Assembly: GCA_044870765.1 (NCBI GenBank)
Contig: JBIOZG010000046.1
Span: forward strand, 1-36,808
DNA length: 36,808 nt
Direction: 5' to 3'
Origin: Nitrososphaeraceae archaeon
GTDB taxonomy: Archaea; Thermoproteota; Nitrososphaeria; Nitrososphaerales; Nitrososphaeraceae
Part shown: in pieces, positions 10,301 through 18,312 of the stretch
How positions within the stretch are numbered: the first letter of the stretch is position 1
How the letters are laid out: each line of letters opens with the position of its first letter
Notes under the pieces: generated by a model
What the model saw: the letters and a program-made list of their open reading frames with translations, nothing else
Databases searched by the model: none
What the model was told of the DNA's origin: nothing
Program-made: the position numbers and the translations under genes

Positions 10301-10699
10301 TTACTTTCTGTTTGCGATATTAATAATGGAGTTTTCCAATTGCGCAAGTCTCAAAGGCTTTATTAAAACCTCCACACGTTTGTTATCAAGAAAAGGCATT
10401 TTAATAATTTCTTTAGTAACAGTCTCGTATGCAGTAACCATCAAAATAGCGGCTGATGGATGTTTATTTAGTATCTGTAAAGCAGCGTCTAATCCATTCT
10501 TATCATTAGGTAACTTGTAGTCTATTATTGCTACATCAGGCTTGATTCTATCATAGTCCGATAGGATTTCATTTGCAGTAGTTGATGTAGCCACTACGTT
10601 ATGCCCTCTGCTCAATAAATAATCCTTGTACAGCAACAGGATATCCTGCTCGTCTTCAATAATCATAATGCTCAAGGGTTTCTTTTCTTTCTTTGCCAT
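10301..10699 (-). CDS. Single-domain response regulator (REC)
   Basis: IEDE, PDVAIIDYKLP phosphoacceptor, TA and KP motifs; no output domain. Confidence 0.92.
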   Translation of the reverse strand: MAKKEKKPLSIMIIEDEQDILLLYKDYLLSRGHNVVATSTTANEILSDYDRIKPDVAIIDYKLPNDKNGLDAALQILNKHPSAAILMVTAYETVTKEIIKMPFLDNKRVEVLIKPLRLAQLENSIINIANRK

Positions 10700-10911
10700 T
10701 TGGTAAATTGTCTTATTTTGTCCATAATATTACTTTAATGTCGCCATATAGAAAAACAGTACAATGCGTTAATGAATACTAAATTTTTGAACATCCCCGA
10801 AATGTTAGAAAATCGCATTCATCTTAAGGCTAATTATTAATGGATGCGAATACAGCCAGCGAAATAGCGTCTGTGTTCCTAATACATAACATTGATCAAT
10901 CGTTATTTGTC

Positions 10912-11868
10912 TTATTTATCATTAGGTCCATTCGGAATTTGTGGAAAGATTTTCTTAATGTCCAAGAACCTCTTCCTTAATGTAACTACACTTACGTTTC
11001 CAGCTAACGATATTCTAGATTGACTGGTCTTCTCACCTTTCTCTAAGCATGCTCCGTAAAGCACAGCAACTGCAATTGCACATGGATCCTTCCCAAAGGA
11101 TATAGGATCATCTTTTATCTGTGACATCATTTGTATCGCGTGTCTTAGCGTCTTTTCGCTAATTTTTGCATTATTGGCAATTCTAGCCAAATGTGAGGTT
11201 GAATCGATTGATGGGAGTCGAACCTTAAGTTTCCTTACTAATAATCGGTAACACTTGCCTGCGAAAATCTTGTCAGCATCAGATATTTCAGCTATTTCTT
11301 CTATGGTTCTTGGGACATTCATCTCTCTGCATGATGCGTATACGCATGCAACCACAAAACCCTTTATTGATCTTCCTTTTATTAGGTTCTGATCTAAAAT
11401 CTTCCTGTAATAATATGCCGATTTTTCTACTATAGTGTCACTCAATGAAAGCTTATCTTTTATCCTTATAAGAATAGCAAAAGCGTTCTTTAGGTTTCTA
11501 TGGTAACTCCTATTGTTGTTTGAGATCTTGTTCCAACGTCTCATGCGCTGTATGGCCGAACGTTGTTCAACTCTTATTGCTACTCCATCCGCGTCTACGT
11601 TAGAGTATGAAATCATAGTAGAAAGATTTTTGTCATGATGAGCCAACGATGACGGGGTACCTAGATTCATGCTACTCAGGTTCATATTCATATCTATCAA
11701 TGGATCAACGTTTTCCCTTTCTACTGAAAGAACAACTCCACAACCGCTGCAAATTTTTTCTCCAGTCCCGTGGTCGAACACTACGGTTTCCCCTTTGCAG
11801 TTTTTGCATTCCTCGCTTTGTTCCTCCTGTACTATACTTGTCGCTTTTGGTCCATTTGCAAAATTCAT
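10912..11868 (-). CDS. tfb: Transcription initiation factor IIB (TFB) paralogue
   Basis: Zn ribbon CKNC...GEKICSGCG; two cyclin repeats (KGRS...ACVYASCR; GKDP..A.A.LY.AC); C-terminal HTH. Confidence 0.95.
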   Translation of the reverse strand: MNFANGPKATSIVQEEQSEECKNCKGETVVFDHGTGEKICSGCGVVLSVERENVDPLIDMNMNLSSMNLGTPSSLAHHDKNLSTMISYSNVDADGVAIRVEQRSAIQRMRRWNKISNNNRSYHRNLKNAFAILIRIKDKLSLSDTIVEKSAYYYRKILDQNLIKGRSIKGFVVACVYASCREMNVPRTIEEIAEISDADKIFAGKCYRLLVRKLKVRLPSIDSTSHLARIANNAKISEKTLRHAIQMMSQIKDDPISFGKDPCAIAVAVLYGACLEKGEKTSQSRISLAGNVSVVTLRKRFLDIKKIFPQIPNGPNDK

Positions 11869-11988
11869 AAAACGAAGTCAGTACCATTTACTATTAAAAA
11901 GTAAGTATACAAAGTGATTGTACTAATCGCATGTATTGCGGAGTAACACAGATGGTTGCAGGACAACACATTTATTTTTGAGACACAT

Positions 11989-12522
11989 ATGTACAATGTG
12001 CCTACATCAACTACAAGGTCTTTCCGTGTCGATACAGATTTAGCAAAAGTATTAGATGAAGAGTCTGAAAGGATGGGAGTTTCGGTAAACGCCCTAGTAA
12101 ACATGATTCTCAAGCGGTACTCAGAGTTCACCCGATTTCTTTCTAAAATTGATTTGGTAGTAATAAATAGAGAATTGCTGAAATCACTGTTTGATTCCTA
12201 TCCAGATGAAGATATTTATGGTTTGGGAGTAGTAATAGGTGAAATCATACCACGTGATACAATACTTTTCTGGAAAAAGACATTGACTTTTGAAACCATC
12301 ATAGAGTATATAGAGAAGATAATTTGTCGTTACGGGTTTTTAGGCACTTACGATGAAACGACTCAAAATGATAAAAAAATTATTGTCATAAGACATCGAC
12401 TCGGACAGAAGGGATCCCAATTTTTGCATGGTTTTTTGAAATCAACCCTAAAAAGTACACTTAATTTGGATAGCTCCTTTGAACTTACAGAATCCTCAGT
12501 CAAATTGCAGATAAACAATTAA
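11989..12522 (+). CDS. Ribbon-helix-helix-type DNA-binding protein with uncharacterised C-terminal domain
   Basis: TRSFRVDTDLAKVLDEESERMGVSVNALVNMILKRY fits the RHH pattern; start uncertain (11956, 11989 or 11998). Confidence 0.75.
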   Translation: MYNVPTSTTRSFRVDTDLAKVLDEESERMGVSVNALVNMILKRYSEFTRFLSKIDLVVINRELLKSLFDSYPDEDIYGLGVVIGEIIPRDTILFWKKTLTFETIIEYIEKIICRYGFLGTYDETTQNDKKIIVIRHRLGQKGSQFLHGFLKSTLKSTLNLDSSFELTESSVKLQINN

Positions 12523-12645
12523 TCAAGCTTGTGATAACACATATTATCAAATTGTAATTTTTGAGTTAATACTAGAAATTTTGGTCTTTAATGCGCACCG
12601 GAAATTGATCGAATAATATTATAATCCCGTAGTGAATTTTTAGGT

Positions 12646-13281
12646 GTGAAACTTAAAAATCACGAAATCAATCCGGCCTTACTAGTCATAGATATGCAAA
12701 ACGGATTTGTAAGTAGGGGAGGTTCGTATGATTTAATGGGCCTAAATATTTCCAAATACAGTGACGTAGTCCCCTCCCTTAAACAACTTATTGGTTTTTG
12801 TAGGAAAGTCAAGATACCTATCTTTTATTCACAGGCGGTTAGAGAGGAGTCTGGAATTGACCTATTGACAAGATCGCATAGAATATTACCAAAATCAAGG
12901 GAGGAAAGGATTAAAAGAAGACCAATTTGCATCAGAGGTAGTTGGGATGCTGAAATCGTTGAAGAATTAAAGCCTAATTTCGATGATCATGTGGTTATAA
13001 AGAGGAGGGATTCGGTGTTTCAGGACACAGAAGTCGAAGTCTGGTTAAGAAGTTTAGGAATTGATTCAATAATTTTTGCCGGGATAGATACGTCTATTTG
13101 TGTGGAATCCTCTCTAAGAGATGCATTCAACCATGGGTACGATATAGTACTAATTTCAGATGCAACTGCTTCTAATAACCTAAACCATTACAATTCGACG
13201 CTTGATAATATTCGTAATTACTATGGATTAGTGATGAACCTAGATGAGTTCATTGGTAATTCTGGCAAGGATATCAAGTAA
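12646..13281 (+). CDS. Isochorismatase-family cysteine hydrolase (RutB/ureide-amidohydrolase-like)
   Basis: Asp-Lys-Cys triad: VIDMQNGF, VIKRRDS, TSICVESSLRDAF; GSWDAEIVEEL. Confidence 0.92.
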   Translation: MKLKNHEINPALLVIDMQNGFVSRGGSYDLMGLNISKYSDVVPSLKQLIGFCRKVKIPIFYSQAVREESGIDLLTRSHRILPKSREERIKRRPICIRGSWDAEIVEELKPNFDDHVVIKRRDSVFQDTEVEVWLRSLGIDSIIFAGIDTSICVESSLRDAFNHGYDIVLISDATASNNLNHYNSTLDNIRNYYGLVMNLDEFIGNSGKDIK

Positions 13282-13345
13282 ATGAATACTACTTTTAATG
13301 AACATTCCATAGGTTATTGTTGTACCACGTACATGATGATTATTT

Positions 13346-13574
13346 GTCAACTGGGTTAGATTGATGCTAACTCCTCAACCCTCCCAGTTGACTGTGTTTA
13401 GAGGCTTTGAGCAAATACTCACCAAAACTTAAAACCTTAATGGGTTTAAGCTCCATAAGATTACAATGATTTTGTCAAGTCCTGTGTTGCAATTAACCTT
13501 TAGTTTTGCCGCCCCATCATCAACAAACATCTTCCATCTGGCCATAATTGTTACTCCATAAATTTTGATGATGG
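13346..13574. other. Cluster of inverted repeats between convergent genes (possible structured RNA or terminators)
   Basis: Perfect 10-bp stems GTCAACTGGG/CCCAGTTGAC (13346-13355/13383-13392) and CCATCATCAA/TTGATGATGG (13514-13523/13565-13574); imperfect CTTAAAACC/GGGTTTAAG between them. Confidence 0.45.
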
Positions 13575-13580
13575 ACCGCG

Positions 13581-14294
13581 TCAAGACAATCCGTAAGTCT
13601 GAATAGCAGCTCCATTTATCACTTTAGAATCCGAGGAAGAAAGAAATAATACAACATTCGCTAAATCTTCTGAAGATAGCCACTTACTAAAGTCAGCATT
13701 TGGCATCGCCCTTCTGTTAGCTTCGGTGTCAATAGTTGTTGGCAAAATGCAGTTTATGCTAATTTTGTCTTCTCTAAACTCTAGAGAGATTGATTCTACA
13801 AATCTTATTAGTGCTGCCTTTGATGCGGCATATGCAGAATCATATCCATCTGATTTCAACCCGGTCTTGGAAGAGACATGAATAATTTTTCCACCGTTTC
13901 CAGATTTCATAATTGGAATCACATGTTTGCTTATTAAAAATGCAGACTTTAAGTTCAGATTCATCATTGTCTCCCACTCGCCTTCTCCTAATTGAGTAAC
14001 ATTTTTGCCGCCCAAGTACCCACCTACTGTGTTAACCAATATGTCTATTTTTGCAAATTTTCTGATCAGTATTGGTACCGCTTTAAGTATCTCTTTTTCA
14101 CTCGAAATGTCTAATTTGATTATTTCTACTTGAGGGTTGACACGCTTTAATTTGACCGCTTCGGTTTCGTTACGAAAAGAAGCAATAGTTTTGGCACCAG
14201 TATCTAGAAATCTTTTTACTAATGTTCTTCCAAAAGCTCCTGTTCCTCCAGTGATTAATACAACCTTATTTGAGAAATTGTATGTTACACTCAT
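13581..14294 (-). CDS. Short-chain dehydrogenase/reductase (SDR)
   Basis: TGGTGAFG Rossmann motif, SS, catalytic YAASK, NCILP. Confidence 0.93.
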   Translation of the reverse strand: MSVTYNFSNKVVLITGGTGAFGRTLVKRFLDTGAKTIASFRNETEAVKLKRVNPQVEIIKLDISSEKEILKAVPILIRKFAKIDILVNTVGGYLGGKNVTQLGEGEWETMMNLNLKSAFLISKHVIPIMKSGNGGKIIHVSSKTGLKSDGYDSAYAASKAALIRFVESISLEFREDKISINCILPTTIDTEANRRAMPNADFSKWLSSEDLANVVLFLSSSDSKVINGAAIQTYGLS

Positions 14295-14868
14295 AGATTT
14301 TTAAATAATTTGTCAAATATTAGTATATCTCATCATGGAACTCAGATAAATTATACCGTCTCAAGCAGTTTGTATAAAAAGCAAGCATCGTCGTAATTTA
14401 GAGATACTATTTGAGCTTTACGCGGAAGCAAAAGTATGTTATTTCCACTCAGAATTTTAAGATATCATAGGAATTGCCGGGAGATTGGGCTATGAACAAA
14501 ATGTTACCGATATAATGTTCATTGAAATTTCCAACTAGTTAAAACAATATGTTGCTAATGAAATTACCCGTACATGGATTGTCAATCTCATGAATAAATT
14601 CTACTCGGATTTCAAATATATCAATTAAGAGCACAAATCCAAAGACGGCGAGACAAATGTTGGAATATTAGTTAGCGGTTGATGTCTATCCTGAATACGG
14701 AAACGAAGTACAGGAAATAATGAACTTGATTAGTGAAATGAATACTGAAATAGTATATAGAGTCAATAACTCAGCAAATGTTCTTTTATAGATTTTTGAA
14801 AATAGTTTCTTTATAACTCTAACTATTCATATTATGTCATTTTCAAGTATATGCACGCACATAGTTAA

Positions 14869-14941
14869 TGGACTGGGTGGGATTTGAACCCACGACCTTT
14901 TGCTTGCGAAGCAAACATTCGTACCCCTGAACTACCAGCCC
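14869..14941 (-). tRNA. tRNA-Ala(CGC), intronless, CCA not encoded
   Basis: GGGCTGG/CCAGTCC acceptor stem with G3:U70 Ala identity pair, discriminator A; anticodon arm TTTGC-TTCGCAA-GCAAA; T arm GTGGG-TTCAAAT-CCCAC. Confidence 0.95.
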
Positions 14942-14965
14942 TTAAAATGTTGATCTCAAACCCTG

Positions 14966-14973
14966 ATATAAAA
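14966..14973 (-). promoter_or_regulatory. Putative TATA box of tRNA-Ala
   Basis: TTTTATAT on the minus strand, 25-32 nt upstream of the mature 5' end. Confidence 0.55.
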
Positions 14974-15125
14974 TGTCACAGTGCTTTTCAGTCTTATCAT
15001 TGCAGGAATGTCAACTTCATGTAAATGTTATAGATTGATAGGTTGATACAATATCAATACCACGACACGTGAGAACACAGAACTTGGACAGTTATTTTTT
15101 ATACCTAAATAATGCTATTAAGAAC

Positions 15126-15554
15126 ATGGTTGAAAAAGAAAAGAAAATACAGGAGATGACTGATGAGGATTGGAAAAGCCGATTGTCACCTGAGCAATAC
15201 GAAGTATGCCGAAATAAAGCAACTGAAATACCATTTTCAGGCAAGTATTATTATTCTAAGGATAAAGGAATTTACCAATGTGCGTGTTGTGGGAATGAGC
15301 TATTCAAATCCGATACAAAATTTGAATCAGGTACAGGTTGGCCAAGTTTCTATGCACCCATTAACCAAGGCAATATAGAATATCATTCCGACAACAGTTA
15401 TGGAATGACGAGAGTCGAGATAACTTGTAGAATATGTGGAGCGCATCTAGGACATGTTTTTGATGATGGTCCTCTTCCATCCAACAAGCGTTATTGTATA
15501 AATTCAGTTTCTCTGGATCTAGTAAAGGAAAGCGATGAAAATATGCAAAAATAA
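15126..15554 (+). CDS. msrB: Peptide-methionine (R)-S-oxide reductase MsrB
   Basis: ATEIPFSG, Zn-binding CACC and [27 protein letters not shown]; ATG 15126 preferred because a TTTTATA element lies about 25 nt upstream. Confidence 0.96.
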   Translation: MVEKEKKIQEMTDEDWKSRLSPEQYEVCRNKATEIPFSGKYYYSKDKGIYQCACCGNELFKSDTKFESGTGWPSFYAPINQGNIEYHSDNSYGMTRVEITCRICGAHLGHVFDDGPLPSNKRYCINSVSLDLVKESDENMQK

Positions 15555-15590
15555 AAAGTTTGAAAGTTTACCATTCATCAGTTCATCAAA

Positions 15591-15800
15591 TTATTGTCGA
15601 AGAGTCTTCATTGTTTCCTTGTATAATGCTATTGCTTCTTCCCCAAAAGCCTGCAAACCGTATTGAATTCCATCCTCACAAGTGACTTCTACAAAGTAAT
15701 GTTCCACACCATTATCCAATATTCTCAAACTTTCTGGATATCTCGTAATTTTACCATTTTCCCTGGTGCATAAGGTAAGCAAACGTTTCGATGCATCCAT
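15591..15800 (-). CDS. Small hypothetical protein
   Basis: 69-aa ATG ORF with two Cys and a beta-rich pattern; 26 nt downstream of the micro-ORF at 15827-15997. Confidence 0.65.
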   Translation of the reverse strand: MDASKRLLTLCTRENGKITRYPESLRILDNGVEHYFVEVTCEDGIQYGLQAFGEEAIALYKETMKTLRQ

Positions 15801-15826
15801 TTTACATCAATGAAATTGGATAAAAG

Positions 15827-15997
15827 CTATCTCAAGACGTTCTTTGTTTGGATATCGAACGAAGGTTTTAAGTAAACTGTTTTCTTTCCTCTTTTCCTTG
15901 CAATGTTTAGTCTTGATATCAAATATAGAGATCCCACTGTCACTGAAAATCCAACAACATACATTCCCATCATTTCCATTATTCCTATATATTCCAT
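15827..15997 (-). CDS. Putative 56-aa single-pass membrane protein with Met-rich N-terminus (not in ORF track)
   Basis: MEYIGIMEMMGMYVVGFSVTVGSLYLISRLNIARKRGKKTVYLKPSFDIQTKNVLR; hydrophobic segment followed by a basic cluster; TTTAATAT 22-29 nt upstream of the ATG. Confidence 0.6.
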   Translation of the reverse strand: MEYIGIMEMMGMYVVGFSVTVGSLYLISRLNIARKRGKKTVYLKPSFDIQTKNVLR

Positions 15998-16225
15998 GAC
16001 TGGTAATGAGAGAGATTGATATTAAAGAGCCACTAAGCTACAATTATGATTAATCCTAAGATCATTTAATAAATCATGATTTGAATTGGAAGAAGTACCT
16101 TTGTGTCAATTAGCTGCTGAATTAATACACATATATTGTTAGAATTCCCTACTTCATCAAGACCTTTAGTCTCTTTCTTAAAGATAATCATTAGAAAACA
16201 GCAGACAAGATATATCTAAACTAAT

Positions 16226-16528
16226 TCATGGTAAAGAGATCCCGCAGGCCTTGAGTTGATCAATTACATAATTCACCTCATCTGTATTCACCCTACCTAC
16301 GGGTGATTTTGAATTGCTTCCAAGAAGGATGTTAATCAATTGGGAAATCATGTCGGCGTCGTAAAAAGTTACAGTTTCAGAGAGTAACTCAGCTATTTTG
16401 TTCGTGTCAAGACTCCTATCAATTTTGCCAGCCAATATTAAAGAAGCAAATTTCTGTATTGATTCGTAAATTCCTATATTGTACGCAATAAATGCTACCT
16501 TTTCAGGTTTCTCATTTAAAGGATCCAT
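16226..16528 (-). CDS. Hypothetical helical protein
   Basis: 100-aa ATG ORF with protein-like composition; no family recognised. Confidence 0.7.
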   Translation of the reverse strand: MDPLNEKPEKVAFIAYNIGIYESIQKFASLILAGKIDRSLDTNKIAELLSETVTFYDADMISQLINILLGSNSKSPVGRVNTDEVNYVIDQLKACGISLP

Positions 16529-16642
16529 GATTGAAATGTAATTTTTAACATTTATGTATGTTTACCATCAAATAAAGGAACGGAATTATCGATTCTACTT
16601 TGTTCGATACAGCCTGACAAGGATAAGTAAATCATACACAGT

Positions 16643-17254
16643 TTATAAGGAGTCAATTACGCTTGAATAATTATCTATAGTGCTATCAATATATTTATTG
16701 GTCTTGTTCATGACATTGCTTACCAAGTTTCTGTTTGACAAGTCATAAAAATTTAATCTCTTACCCGTCAGTTGCATTTTGTAAGATCTATCATTGTTAC
16801 CATCATAGGTACTTTGCTTATTTTTTACGCAAATGATATTTTCCCTCAGCAGTTTTTTCATATACCACGATATTGTAGATGCTGATTTTCTAGTGTATTT
16901 TACTATTTCTGATTGGGAAACTGGACCACTTTCATAGAGAAGTTTCATAATTTCATATGAGGTTTGATTTCTCAAAATACCCAAGAGTGTCATAATTTCA
17001 TTTGAAATATTTCGGGGAAAGAATCTTGTGATTCTCGATTTCCTATCCACATTTACAAGTTCCATCTTTTCCAATTTGTTGATATGATAGGATAGAACTC
17101 CATTTGATGAGTTAATTAATCTCAATAATTCCCTATATCTTATTCCAGGATTTTCACCAATAAATAACAATAGCTTTTGCTGCAGTTCGGGCAATGCACC
17201 AAAAAAATCCGCCGTTAAAGAATTAATATAAATAGAATCCATCTTACCGCTCAA
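16643..17254 (-). CDS. Transcriptional regulator with two winged-HTH domains (COG3398-like)
   Basis: FIGENPGIRYRELLRLINSSNGVLSYHINKLEK and GPVSQSEIVKYTRKSASTISWYMKKL; TTG start overlaps the stop of the upstream membrane gene. Confidence 0.85.
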   Translation of the reverse strand: MSGKMDSIYINSLTADFFGALPELQQKLLLFIGENPGIRYRELLRLINSSNGVLSYHINKLEKMELVNVDRKSRITRFFPRNISNEIMTLLGILRNQTSYEIMKLLYESGPVSQSEIVKYTRKSASTISWYMKKLLRENIICVKNKQSTYDGNNDRSYKMQLTGKRLNFYDLSNRNLVSNVMNKTNKYIDSTIDNYSSVIDSL

Positions 17255-17649
17255 TTTGCTGCCTTAAGCAATCCCAGCCCAAATAAAGTTAGCATTACAA
17301 GTAGTACTATATGTGGTAACTCGATATTTACCCACGGTAAAATTACATTATCAATGTTACCTGTAGAGGATAGTAGCATAATTCCTTCTACAATCGCAAG
17401 GGTTACAAATCCCAACGCCATAAAAAACATTCTAATGTTGCTGTTTTTCAGATAAGCGAAGATGGACACCAATCCAAGAAAAACCGAAATATTCAAACTG
17501 GCAATGTGGATAATAATATGATAAATCATGGATTGATGTGAAATATGAGGAATCGTTACGGGTATAATGAGAGAACAAACTATGATTGTGGTAATCGCAA
17601 AAAATTTGAGTTTATTATCTAATAGATTATATCTTCTCTGCGATTGCAC
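17251..17649 (-). CDS. His-rich four-helix membrane protein
   Basis: Four hydrophobic segments; PHISHQSMIYHIIIH and ELPH motifs; TTTAAAT about 25-30 nt upstream of the GTG. Confidence 0.8.
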   Translation of the reverse strand: MQSQRRYNLLDNKLKFFAITTIIVCSLIIPVTIPHISHQSMIYHIIIHIASLNISVFLGLVSIFAYLKNSNIRMFFMALGFVTLAIVEGIMLLSSTGNIDNVILPWVNIELPHIVLLVMLTLFGLGLLKAAN

Positions 17650-18312
17650 CTCATCAATATCACTATTGCCAAATTTAAATTGATTGGTACACCACTAACG
17701 GTTATAACGGTCTTTTTGCGAGATTTCCACTGGCAGAATACGGAACTAAATAACTGGATTTAGAATCATTGTCCAATCTAGGAGGTACTGACAGATACTC
17801 GCCCTAAATCACCATATTTCAGAACATATCCCGAGACAAATAATAAAATTGGTTTTTCTATTAAATAGGGAATTGACACAATTTGTTTTAAATCCTGCGT
17901 AAAAACCCTTGGTTCTTGCTTGCAGATTACATATTCTCGTCGGCGTGGTAAAAGCGCCACTGGGCAGATTACAGGATATTCATTCATTGATTTTGAGCGG
18001 ATCATCTCTTACCACAAAAAAATACTGCCGATGATGCAAGTTAGTCTAGACTTTGCCTCATATGTCGTATCTGTGATTGTTTCTAATGTGAATATCCAAA
18101 TCATTTTCGCTCTTTAATTTAAGTCCACAAACTCTGCAAAATATTTTATTTTTTCTTCCTCTTAGGTAATCTACAAAATACGTCAGATATAGTGTGAGTC
18201 CCCACATACAATCATGAATACACGATAATATAAGTAAGTTAAAAAGAAGAAATACTCTGACCGGTCCTTATATGATATTGTAGTTAGATGGCATAGGATG
18301 TCCCTGGTTTCA

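Noticed and set aside
13333-13392. C/D-box sRNA (ATGATGA) or HEARO/IS200-IS605-type end (GTCAAC...GTTGAC)
   Set aside because: No CTGA D box at a suitable distance, and no tnpA/tnpB/iscB ORF or extended HEARO pattern. Kept only as a generic structured region.
14869-14941. tRNA-Ala as the integration site of a genomic island
   Set aside because: No integrase and no duplicated tRNA 3' end were noticed in the window.
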